In this document: positions 36,171-47,489 of the stretch, piece by piece
How the letters are laid out: every line of letters starts with the position of its first letter
Numbering within the stretch: the first letter of the stretch is position 1
The notes under the pieces: generated by a model
Seen by the model: only the letters and a program-made list of their open reading frames with translations
Database searches by the model: none
Told to the model about the DNA's origin: nothing
Position numbers and translations under genes: made by a program
DNA from: Camelus ferus
Taxonomy: Eukaryota
Length of the DNA: 64,000 nt
Direction: 5' to 3'
Assembly: GCF_009834535.1 (NCBI RefSeq)
Contig: NC_045696.1
Span: 55,864,001 to 55,928,000 of the forward strand

Positions 36171-36878
36171 GGAGAAGTGACATTCATTTCTGGTGGTTTC
36201 TCCTCTTGTGTAGTCCCTTTTCTGTTCAGTTTCATTTTTTTCAAAGTCAAGAGTCTTAACCTTGTACTCAGGGAATTTTGAGATGATAGTCCCTTGGGCA
36301 CCTGAAGCTCAGTCTTTCCAGACTTATCCTGTCCTCCTTACCCTGCCCCAGATCTATCCCTCTTATCCCGAGGAGTCTTTTTTTTTTTTTTTTTTTGTAA
36401 GCACTTGTCACCACCGGAAATTATATTTTTTACTTGTTTGCTTACTTGATGATTTTCGGTGTCTGCAGTAAGCTCATTGAAGTCAGGGACTTGATGGGCC
36501 TTGCTCATGGTTGGGCCTGTAGCACCCAGAACAGTCCTCGCACAGGCAGGCATTAAATGATTTTCGCTGGCTGTCTGGATGTGAGTGGTGGGGAGAGGTG
36601 GAGTGGGGCAGCCAGTGGTACAGTCTCAGCTAGGAGATGGACTTCCTCCCTGAGAAGCTGCTTCTGTTCTGGGCCATCCTGGGCAGGAAGCAGTAAAGAG
36701 TCTGTGGGTTGGAGAGCTGTCCCGTTGCCCCTTTCAGACAGTTGAGTCGCACTGCTGAGTAGAAACACACTCTCCTTAAAGAAACAGGGTTTCTCCTTTC
36801 ACCCAGGCACTTGCAGGCTTCCTTATTCCAGATCAAGTTCTCTAGCTGTTCAGGAGAGGTGTCCCCATTATCAGCCTC

Positions 36879-36971
36879 TTTTTTTTTTTTTTTAAATAGA
36901 GGTACTAGGAAATGAACCCAGGACCTTGTGCATGCTAAATATGTACTCTACCACTGAGCTACGTCCACCCC
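36879..36971 (-). mobile_element. tRNA-Ala(AGC)-derived SINE (Vic-1-like) with poly(A) tail
   Basis: Minus strand GGGTGGACGTAGCTCAGTGGTAGAGTACATATTTAGCATGCACAAGGTCCTGGGTTCATTTCCTAGTACCTC followed by an A-tail. A-box intact, B-box degenerate. Confidence 0.85.
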
Positions 36972-37093
36972 ACCTCCTGAAGAGTCTTTATCTCAGTTGA
37001 TGGGGTCAGCATCTCCCAGATTAAAAATCTTGTAGCCTCATATCTGAGTCTTCATTTTTTTACCAGCTAATCTTTCACTAAGTTTTTTCTATT

Positions 37094-37540
37094 TGTTTCA
37101 GGTTAAGTTCCCAAAAGTGGACTCTGAGACAAGGACTTGAGTGCAAATAGTTTATTTGGGAGGTGATTCCAGGAAGCACTGTTAGGAGAATGGGGAAGTG
37201 AGACAGGGAAGGGAGGGGAGCCAGGAAAAAGTACATTAATGAGCAGGTTACCACTGTGGGCAGTTGGGACTTAGACCATCTGGGTCCTCTGCCCAAGGCA
37301 TTCAAGAGTTGTCTCACCTGAGGGGCAAGCCAACCTGGGGTGTTTATCCACTGACTTCCATCTGACGTTGATTGAGGAACACTTCCAGGGATGCTGACTC
37401 CCTGGTGCTTCCTGGCCTTCCTCTTGTGGAATCCAAACATGAGTGTCTTCAGGTAGAGACTCAGATATGCTTGCAGTGGCAAGCTGTATGGTGCATGGGA
37501 ACAGTGAGAAGTGTATGTGGGGTCCCAGTATCATCTGCTA
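37094..37540 (-). mobile_element. ERVL-type LTR relic (LTR16/LTR33-like)
   Basis: gactctgagacaaggacttgagtgcaaatagtttatttgggaggtgattccaggaagcac. Confidence 0.7.
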
Positions 37541-38199
37541 GAAGGTTCTACCTCCTAAATATCCTTCAAACCTGTCACCTCTTTTACCTTGTTGCACCAA
37601 GTAGTTTTCAGCTGGATTTCTGCAATCCAGGCTATTCAGGTCGGGAGATGCTGCTCCTAGCTGCACCCCGTACTTTCCTGGGCATGGCATTTGACATGGG
37701 GTCTGTTTTGTTGTTGCCTGTTTGCTTGTCTTTATTCTCCTCCAGAGAGAACTTAGCATGGTGCCTGGGCACACAGGAGATACCTATTCAGTATATATTA
37801 AATGAATGTTGCTTATTAGCCTCCTGTCTGGTGCCTCTAATTCCAGTCCTACCTTCCTCATTGCCATCCAGAGTGATCTTTTCAAATACACAATGGTCAT
37901 GCTGCACTTCTAAGCATGTTCCAATGACCACTCACCCCCTCTCTTCATTTCTTGGTGCTTTTCCCACTCTTTTTCCCCTGGTAAATTCTTACTCACCCTT
38001 CAAGCCCCACCTCAAGCAGCACCTCTTAGATGGCAGCCACTCTGACTGTTCAGGCCCTTTCTCACTACCCCGACAAGCCTTCTGTCCCCACACTGTCCTG
38101 GTGTGTGGTGATCGTGTGCCTTTTGGGTTGATCTCAAGCTGCTTGTGAGGGACTGTGTCTCATTCCTTTTGTGGCCTCCCTGTCTGGCCCATTAGCGAC

Positions 38200-38209
38200 A
38201 TTAAATAAA
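38200..38209 (+). terminator. ADPRH: Candidate ADPRH polyadenylation signal (overlapping ATTAAA/AATAAA), implying a 3'UTR of about 2 kb
   Basis: ATTAAATAAA followed about 25 nt later by GT-rich gttgtgttgacgtg. Confidence 0.5.
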
Positions 38210-39224
38210 TATTTACTTTGAAAGTTCATCAAGTTGTGTTGACGTGAATGCTTTTAACATGCAGCATGTGTTTCAGACACCCTGTACTTCCAGATTGCCA
38301 GGAGTGACCTGTGTTGGGCTATGAGACATGGAGGGCTTGATGCTTCAACCAGGCCTGTATGCTGAGTTAAATGAGACAAAGTTCTCAAGTATGTATCTGA
38401 AGCAGGACTCCAGCAAAGGCGTGGCATTTATCTTTCTTTCATACATAAAGGGAGAAGAAGATTCCAAAGCTTTTTTTCTGGCTCAGAAAACTCATATATA
38501 CTTAAATACTTCACAAAACAAATGTGTTTTAAATGTTACAACTAGGACAATAGATTCTTCAGCAGGGCAGTCAGAATTGTATTCTTTTGGAGGTGGGGGT
38601 TTATCATTTATACAACATGGTAATAACATCTTAAATTCAGATGTACAAGATAACTCCTTTGTAGGAATATTTTGAGGACAGCTTTAGAATAATAGAAAAC
38701 AGTATATACATTTTTACACAAGATTCTTGAGCAGAAGACTAACATGGAGACACCTGTGACTTTTTAATTTTCCATTTGATAAAAACTGACATTGTAATGC
38801 ATAATTGCGTGTGCTTTTCTGCAGCTGTAGAAGAGGAAACATTTTCGCCTTGTCTTTCTGGGGTTTCTTTTATCAGTAGTCAGGAGAGCCTACAGTTTCA
38901 AGGCCGAACACTAGAAATCTATTAGCACTGACCAAACAGCAGAAGTGAGATGCCTAAACCTTACAATATAGAAAAGGGAAGAAGAGTATTTTAACAAGTA
39001 GAATCTGAGGCATGACTTGTTTTATCTCTGTAACTGGTTTGGTGAATGGTCTGAATTTAGTGAGAAGCAAACATGAAATTATTTTCTTTTCCTCCAGCTA
39101 CTGCCTTCATACATACTCTGTGGAAGCTGCTTTTCCTGCCCCTTAGTGTCATCTTTACACAGTTTTTGGTCTTTGGAGGGGGCTGGTATTAAAAACTCAA
39201 TCCAGTCCATCCCAGTGAAGTTTT

Positions 39225-39985
39225 AAAAATTTTAAGCTTTATCCAGGTATAAATGACATAGAAAATCGTAAGATATTTAAAGTGTACATTGTAGTGATTT
39301 GATACACGTATATATTGTGAAAGGTTTTCCTTCATCTAGTTAATTAACATATCCATCACTTCACATATTTATCTGTTTTTTTCGGTGAAAACGTTTATGT
39401 TCTATCTTAGCAAATTTCAGCTACACAATATATAGTGTTATCAACTATAGTCACTATTTTTACATTAGGTATTCAGACCTTATTCATCGTATAGCCAAAA
39501 GTTTGTACCCTTTTACCAACCTCTCCCTATTTCTGTCACCACTACCCCCACCCCCCAGCCCCTGGCAACTACTTTTCTACTCTATTTCTATTAGTTTGGC
39601 TTTGTTTTTTTAGATTCCACATATAAGTGGTATCTTGTAATACTTGTTTTTCTCTGTCTGGCTTATTTCACTTAGCATAATGTCCAAAGGTCCATATGTT
39701 ACCACAAATGGCAGGATTTCCTTCTTTCTCATAGCTAAATAATACTCCATTGTATGTATGTACCAAATCTTTATCCATTCATCTGTTGACGGACACTTAG
39801 GTTGTTTCCCTGTCTTGGCTATTGTGAATAATACTGCAGTAAAGGAAAGAGAGGAGGAAGAAGAAAGCTGCTGTGTGTCAGGCAGTTCACCAGAGCCTGG
39901 GGCACAGCTACCTCTTTGGGGCACAGCTACCTCTTTGATACCCCGTTTTCATTTCCTTTGGGTATGTACCCAGAAGTGGGAATCC
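39225..39985 (-). mobile_element. L1MA-like 3' fragment, interrupted at 39842-39916 (see findings)
   Basis: tagattccacatataagtg...tggcttatttcacttagcataatg...ggacacttaggttgtttcc...gtacccagaagtgggaat. ORF 39610..39924 contains the L1 ORF2 C-terminal-like text KQPKCPSTDEWIK. Confidence 0.88.
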
Positions 39986-42639
39986 CAGTTCAGTTTAATC
40001 AATTCTAAGACTTTAATAACTTGCCCTCTTTCTTTCCCACTACAGTCAGTCCCAAGCCAAGGGGCTTAGAGGAGAAACGGGGACATGGATGCCTCTTTCA
40101 TTCCTCCCCTCCCTCTTTTGGGGTTCCTTGTCCCTCTCCAGTGTTGCCCTGAGACCACCCTCTTCAGTAGAGCATTGGTGGGAAAGGCTCAAGCTGGTTG
40201 TCTTCTGAGGGCTCCACTCATCCTGAGGGAAACTCATCCTTCCTGGTCACATCCACCAGTGCAGTGCAGTGCAGGCTGTCCCACCTGCTGTTCTCTCTAC
40301 ATACCCCCCCATCCCTCTCACAGAGGACAGATCAGGCTGCTCAGCAGACAGCCAACTTGGAAGTAGATGCCACTGTCACCTTCACGTGGTCACCGTCAGT
40401 CTGAGCTGGTAGTTCCCCCTCTTTTGGCTTGTTGTGAGGGTGAGGTAGAGCACCGCCTTTCCTCCCCTTTCAGGGAGGGAAGGAAAACTCCTACAGAATA
40501 TGATTCTCATGATTTTTCCTTCAAAGTGCTGATTTTCAGCTGGGGGAGGTGGGGAAGGGAAGTCGGCCTCCTAGTAAGCCCTACTGGAATTTGTCTTTCC
40601 ATGTCCTTCCAGTCTCCTTAGGGCGTGGTGGTGGGGGTGCATGTTGGGGGGAGGGGGTGATGGGAGGTAGGAGGGTGGAGTCTTAAGCGGTTTTTGTTTT
40701 CCAGTGTGAAACTTCAGTCACCATCGGAGACAACAGAGAATGTCTCTTTAAAGATCCTATTATGTTTACTTTGCAAATTCTCACTCTTCATCATAGTCAC
40801 ACTTCAGACTTTTTTTCTCAGAACTCAAAACCTCCGCTCCACTTTACTCTCAGTTGGCAACCTTGCTTCCTACTTCTCTGAGGAAATACAAGCAGTCAGA
40901 AGAGAACACCTGCCACACCCATCCACCCTTTCCCACACCCGCATTTGAGCTCCTGGACTGTGTGCTTTCCCTCCCGCTGTGACTCTGAGTGCTGGGCTAT
41001 GTGCATATGTGAGAGATGGGGAGAAGGAGGGAGGATGAGATTGAACAGAGAAAAGAGATAACAAACTTAATGATATACATAATGTTAGAGTAAATTTGAA
41101 AGATGACCTGAATGACAGTATGAGTTTGTCATGCTAATCAAGTTAACATACGTGTACTGAAAAACAGAATAGGTCATGAGTAACATTACAGGGATTAATG
41201 ATATCCTTTGACATGCTAGATGACTACTACATTTGCTTTCTTTGTTACCTCTGATTGCTAGACGTTCTCTAGAAATCTTGGCAGTATACACCTTTTAAGA
41301 TCTGTAAAATTAGCATTGGCCTCATCTGCCCTTCTCCAAGTTTCTCCAGCTACCACATTCTCCATTTACTCTTCTGCCTCTCCAGGGCAAGTAAATGTGC
41401 GTCTTTTTAAAACAGCCAGAGCTGCTAGGGGTGTGAGGGAGGGAATGGAGACTGATGATTTCACAGTCAACCATCCCAGTGGATCAGCTCCCCAGGGAAT
41501 AAAGTTTGGTTAAGTATCCAGGGGTCATCCAGACAGGGCAGAAGGGGCAGCCTTGCCATCATTTTCTCATGTTTGGGGTTTGGGGTTTGGGAAGAGTGAC
41601 AGCTAAGGAGTTAGTGAGACTCTCTCCACTTGGGGAAGGAAAGAGAGGAGGAGGAAGAAAGTTGCTGTGTGTCAGGCAGTTCACCAGAGCCCATTAACAG
41701 ATGAAGAAATTGGGCTCAGAGAAGCTGCCATGTGTCCAAAGTCACGTGGCTGGGATGAGATGGAGCTGGGGTTTAAACCCAGGTCTGCTTGTCTCCAATC
41801 CTACCACACTCTAATTGTTAGCTATAATTAGAAAATGTTTCCTTAGACAAAGCCAGAATGAAACCCAGGAGTGGGATGATGCAGCAGCCTATGTCTTACC
41901 CACAACGGGGAAGGTGACGTCAAGAGGAAAGCTAGTTGTGGGTTTGAGATCCATGTTGGGGGCAGGGGTAAGGAGCAGGCAGAGCTGAGTCCAGCTAAAA
42001 CTGTGAAATAGGCAAATGGGTCACTTTCAATCCATTTCTTCCACTACTTGGAAGACAGAACACAGGGGGACTCCTCTCCCTTCAACCTTCTCATGGAACC
42101 GACCTGCAGTACTGTACACCCAGTGCCGAGCTCTCAAGGTTCAGAAGTCACTTTACTTTGTAGTTAGGAGATCTCAGGAAGCAAACACTAAACCGTAGAA
42201 TTTAGTACCAAACTGTCATTTAAAAGCTGCAGTTTTCAGTCTTTCCCAACATTTAGAGGCTTGGAGACACCTCTGGTACATTTGTCCTAACAAATTTAAA
42301 GCAAGGCTTTAACTAATTCTTCCTGGCAAAACAGTCAGAACACAGCTTTAAAATGAAAGCAGAATTAGGCCGTTTGGAACACAAAGGGCATGAAGTACTC
42401 TCTCTCCATAAGAGGTGAGATTGTCTTGTGCTCGTGCATTATGGTTTGTCCTGAGAAGGGGTGTGTGTATGTGTGCGTGTCTGTCTGTGCCTGTGCACGC
42501 ACGTGTGCTCATGTGTGGTACATACAGAACATCAGGAGTGGAGGCTCCATAATTGGAAAGGAACCTGGCAAAATTGGACTTCCTGAAAACTGAGTAGGGT
42601 AAGGTCTTGAGCCATTTTAGGTTGTGCACTAAAATTTTG

Positions 42640-42950
42640 TGAAAAGTTCTAATGGGCTTCTATGCAACCTTAAAAAAAGAATACGGCAGTTGCAAAGAAT
42701 TTTGTTTAGTGTGAAAAGCAAGGTGCAGCGGGTTTGTGTAGTGGTCAGCAAATATGTAAAACGTTTGAAAAGGATGGCACAGAGTATCTCCAGAAGTACA
42801 TGCAAGGAAATGTTAGCAATGACTGCCTTCTGCTAGATCTGGGGGGCTGGGAGGAGGGGGTGGAGATTTATTTTTCACCACGTGCTTTTGTACTTCTTGA
42901 TTTTAAAAAACCCATTTACACGTAGAATTATTAAAGACGACACTTTAAAA
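42640..42950 (+). mobile_element. Very old L1 (L1ME-like) 3' fragment
   Basis: ttagtgtgaaaagcaaggtgcag...gaaatgttagcaatgactgccttc. Weak similarity. Confidence 0.45.
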
Positions 42951-43082
42951 AATTAATGTGACCTCATTTTATAGTCATAAACTGGTGAGGCCCATAATTA
43001 TAATTTCCTAAGATTAGTTTATATTAGTTATTATGTTAGTTTATATCCTCCCCATCCCTAACTGAAGGCAGTGATTCTAAAT

Positions 43083-43106
43083 ACGCACGCACGCACGCAC
43101 GCACGC
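43083..43106 (+). repeat. (ACGC)6 tetranucleotide repeat
   Basis: Direct inspection. Confidence 0.95.
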
Positions 43107-44089
43107 ACATACATAAAAGCTTATTCACTTATGGAACTGTCAGCTTAGAGATCCTGAGGGAAGGGGAGGAGGCTGGGAATCTGAGCTGGGAACAAGCAGG
43201 CAGGGGACGCTGAAAGGGATTCTGTGGATTCTAGGGGTTGTAACCTATAGCCATCCTCTCCCCTGTCTTCCCCTCCACTCCCTTCTCTTCCTCTCTTTCT
43301 TTCAAAACAAGTATTTAACGAGCCCATATTATATGCCAGGCACTGTTCTAGGCAGCAAGCACACAGCAGGAACCCTGAACAGTGAGCCCCGGACACTGCA
43401 CACAGTGTCCTCGGTCTGTTGCGTGCCTCCCTGTGTTCCCGGACCCTAGGCAAGCAAAGCCTCCAACTCCACTTTACAATGGGGGCCTAGATGCTGTCTC
43501 AGTACCAGGCCCCTTCCCACTGTCCTCTCTAAGTGAGCACGCCCTGCCAGATGCACAGTGCCTTCCCTTAGCAAGTATTGAGTACTGGCCGTGTGGTAGG
43601 CACTGTGCTAGGCTCTGGGGATACCTCACTGAACAGAAGAGACTAGAATTTTGCCCTCCTGAGGCTGACATTCTCTTGGGGAAGATGGACCACATACACT
43701 AATTATAAACTGATGTTCCCGCAGTATCTCCTGGTAGAAAGTTCTCGGTCTAAAACATGTCACCTCATTTTCCAGGAGGACCCCACTTTCCTGGCCCCCT
43801 GAAGCAGTGCTCCCCAGGCCACTGGCTTCTGTGAGCTTTACTTTCCTCCATGATAAATGGAGCCAGCTATGTGTACCGTCACCTGTGGACCCACTGGAAT
43901 GCAGAGTCCTGGGCCCAACCCCAAACATTCTCATTCGGTGTGTCTGGGTTGGGCCCAGCAGTCTGCCTGAGGTTCCCTCAGTGATACTAAGGCAGGATTC
44001 TGCCCAGGACCATTCCAACCGCATGTGGAGAGCACTGTACTAAATGATGAATGTGATAGGGAAGGTGCTCTAAATGCCAGCTGTGTTGC

Positions 44090-44560
44090 TGCACAGGGAA
44101 CGGTGTGCTGGAATAACTGGAATGACTAGCCCGGCTGTGGCGAGGTGGTCAGGAGAAATGCGGTCCTCTGTCTCCCGCTGTGGGGAACCTTATTGATTGA
44201 TGGTCCCAGCTGCTGCCTTTCCGGATCTACCCTCGTCTTTATGCTGAGTCTGACCCTAGCTAGTGATGGAGCAACATAAGGCTGCTAATACAGCTCATTG
44301 TCATAGAACACCGGGCTGCTTTAATAGGAGACTTGTGCTTGAGGCTTCCCCTGTCCCCTTGGCAGGACATTCTAGGAACTGTGGGGCATTCCAAGACTTT
44401 CCTTCTCCCTGTCCTTCACAGATGTCAGCCCTGATCACGGTCTAAAGGCTCTCCTTGCCATCTTCAGCTCCCCTTACTCTTCACAGGTGTTATCCCCAAT
44501 AAATCTCTTGCACACCTAGTCCCATCCTGGCATCTTTTCTCTGAGGACCTGGACTTCTAC
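44090..44560 (+). mobile_element. ERV LTR relic
   Basis: LTR-like 3' end ccccaataaatctcttgcac...catcttttctctgaggacctggac. Family not determined. Confidence 0.6.
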
Positions 44561-45765
44561 ACCTGGCTTGGTCTATGACCTCAGAACAGCCTCCAATAGT
44601 GCCCTGTATACTGCCACTCTTCTTCTTGGTGGCAGCAGCGCCTGAGCAGTGGGATCTGTGCATGATAGTTTTATCCTTGTCTTGAGCAGGCCTGGCACAG
44701 TTTGGTCCAGTGGTTGGTGCAGCCTGTTGGTGCAGTAGTTCAGAGTGTGGCCTCTGGGCTAGCTTGTCCTGCTTCAAATCCCAGCTCTGCATGAGCTCGT
44801 GCAAGGTACTTAACCCCTCTATGCCCTGAAGCTACATGTAGACAGTACTCACCTCACAGAGCTACTATCCAGAAAGTTCCGTACTGCCCTGCTGGTGGGT
44901 TCTCTGCCTCCCAGCAATGTGCTACACTTTAAGGAGTGCTGGGCAAGTACCCTACCTTCCCCTTCCCCCAGACTAGTGCTTTGTGGTTTCTGCCACTACC
45001 CTGAGTGGAGAGGCCTCACAGTACACTGGAAACACCCTGGTTCCAAGCCAGCTCTGCCACTTCCATCAGCAGGGTCTCCGTGGGTCATTTTCATTCTTTA
45101 CTTCTTGGTTTCTTTATGTGAATTCAACAGGTTGAACGTCTCTTCTTAGAGGTTGGACTTTACTTCTAGTCCCAAGATTCTATAAAGGGATAGTACTCTC
45201 TATCAGAGACCAACTTCATCTTCTTCCGTTCTTTCTGTTAAATGTACACTAACCATGTATTGTTGGCTCATCTCTGTACTGGGCACTGGGGATGCAAAAA
45301 TGAAAAAAAGTTTTTGCCCTCAAGCTTCTCAGAGCCCTCCTAGGGGAACAAACATGTCCACAGATGATTCCGGTACAGTGAGGGTTTTATGATCCTCTAG
45401 AGATGAAAGACTTCTGCCTTGGCTTTTACTAACGTTTTATGATGGGAAGTGGGAGAGGTGCAGGAAACCGTTTCCTGATGATGTTTGGCTCAGAGAGGAA
45501 GGACAGTGTGTTTTCATGTCCCCTGCTCTAAGAAAAAAAAGAAAAGTATATTTATTTTCATTGAGAAGAAGAAACAGAAAAACTGTGGAAGTTAAACAAA
45601 TAGGGAGAGTTTGCTTTTCTTTTACAGGTCATGGGGCCAGTTAATGGTTAGTGAGACCCAAGCGGGGCATTTGGTGTTCAAAACTCTGGGAGGCTGGGTT
45701 ATGTGATCGATCTCTTCGGCATTAGGGGTCAACTTCACACCAGCTCTGAGACTTCCAGCTCGGCG

Positions 45766-45835
45766 ATGCCCCCAGGCCTCTGGGAGAGATGCTTCTGGTC
45801 GTGGGGGCTCCTGTGGCTCAGTGTTGAAAGTACAG
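45766..45835 (+). CDS. PLA1A: PLA1A (phosphatidylserine-specific phospholipase A1) exon 1, signal peptide MPPGLWERCFWSWGLLWLSVEST(G)
   Basis: gcgATG start, donor ACAG|gtaggt, 70 nt. Matches the PS-PLA1 N-terminus MPPG.WE.CFW. Not in the ORF track. Confidence 0.92.
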
Positions 45836-46819
45836 GTAGGTCGGGGGCTCCAGCCTTGGGTGGGACTTCTTTCAGTCAATAATTCTATTTTTCAAGCCAT
45901 CTATTTATGCAGTGCTAACCTTTGGAAGGTCCCCTAAAAGCCCTCTCCTGAGATGAATTTAAAAGAGGGAGGGAAAAACCTACAATCATACTGGGAATGA
46001 TAGCACTTTCTCAAGTCACAAACATTGAACTTCCTCTAGTTGTTTTACTCATTTTCTAAAATCTGCATTACTCCTTTTCACCTTGCACAAGCCAGGAAGA
46101 GTATAAGAAAATAAAATTTGATTAATTCCAAAAAGTGATTCATTTTCACCTTATCCACTGTTCTAAGATGTATTTAATTTAAAAATTTAAACTTTCCAAA
46201 CTAACAACAATTTTTGTCGTTGAGATTGTTAGAGGTCCTTTCTAATCTTGCCAACCCAATTCGATTTCAGGTTTGTCGTCCCTCCTGGCAGGACTATGAT
46301 AACTAGTCCTGTTAACCACAGATGACCGATGACCTTTAGCACAGATTCCCTCAGATGCCATTTGCATTGTACCTTTCCCCGTGAAAATCCCACCCAGTGC
46401 TCCCCCTTGCTTAATATAGCAAGTCTAAACCTTCCTGTGGTAGAGAATCTCAGAGAGTGAAGGTCCCCTCCTCCTCCCAGCAGTGGCATCACCCTCGGAA
46501 AGCTCCCTTCCCTCTGTCCCCAACAGCAGACTGCTTTTCTGTCACCTCCATGAGACATTTAATTCTCATTCCTCAGCTTTAGAATGTTTCATTCCTTCTG
46601 CCTGGAGCTGCTCACACTGCCTTTTTGTTGATTTCTGCTCTTCACATCTTCCAAGAGGGCTTACATTTTTGTACCTCCTTTGTAACACTTTAGGCCTTTA
46701 CTCAGCACCCCTTCCCTGTTCCAAAGTTCAGCTTGCATAGTGTATTCACTATGTGCATCAATGGGTGGCGTTGATAAGGTGCTCCTTAGCTTCATGTGTG
46801 CTTTCTCCTAACTCAGTCA

Positions 46820-46823
<4 letters not shown>

Positions 46824-46863
<40 letters not shown>
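46824..46863 (+). repeat. (GT)20 microsatellite
   Basis: Direct inspection. Confidence 0.97.
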
Positions 46864-46866
<3 letters not shown>

Positions 46867-47112
46867 TGTTTGTAAAATGACCATATATCTTATTTTATGA
46901 AATGGCTGTTTATACACTGTATACTAGATCTAAAAGGATTTGTCTCTTATACATTTTGATAGATGTGAGAAAAATTGTCCTGCAAGGAAGTTATCACTGT
47001 TTATTAGTATGTGAGCATAGCTGTTTCCCCACCTCTCCACTGACACTTTGTATTATCAAATGGTTTTCATATTGTCAGTCACATAGGGAAAGTAGCATTA
47101 AGTTGTTGTCTT

Positions 47113-47471
47113 TTTTTTTTTAACATTTTTTATTGATTTATAATCATTTTACTATGTTGTGTCAAATTCCAGTGTAGAGCACAATTTTTCAGTTATACAT
47201 GAACATATATATTCATTGTCACATTTTTTTCTCTGTGAGCTACCATAAGATCTTGTGTATATTTCCCTGTGCTATACAGTATAATCTTGTTTATCTATTC
47301 TACAATTTTAAAATTCCGTCTATCCCTTCCCACCCTCCACCCCCTTCGGCAACCACAAGTTTGTATTCTATGTCTATGAGTCTATTTCTGTTTTGTATTT
47401 ATGCTTTGTTTTTTTGTTTTTGTTTTTTAGATTCCACATATGAGTGATCTCATATGGTATTTTTCTTTCTC
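47113..47471 (-). mobile_element. Young 5'-truncated L1 3' end with 15-bp TSD
   Basis: TTAAGTTGTTGTCTT at 47098-47112 and 47472-47486, poly(T) head on the plus strand, and L1 3'UTR text (ttagattccacatatgagtgatctcatatggtat). Confidence 0.9.
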
Positions 47472-47489
47472 TTAAGTTGTTGTCTTAAT

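Noticed and set aside
36899..36971. Possible tRNA-Ala gene
   Set aside because: Has a poly(A) tail, a degenerate B-box/T-loop and mismatched stems, so it is a SINE copy rather than a functional tRNA.
37372..38148. 258-aa plus-strand ORF downstream of ADPRH
   Set aside because: Starts at a non-ATG codon, runs through LTR/L2 relics in the presumed 3'UTR, and resembles no protein I recognise.
39610..39924. ORF with KQPKCPSTDEWIK motif
   Set aside because: Degenerate L1 ORF2 C-terminal remnant fused to the templated insertion. Not a gene.
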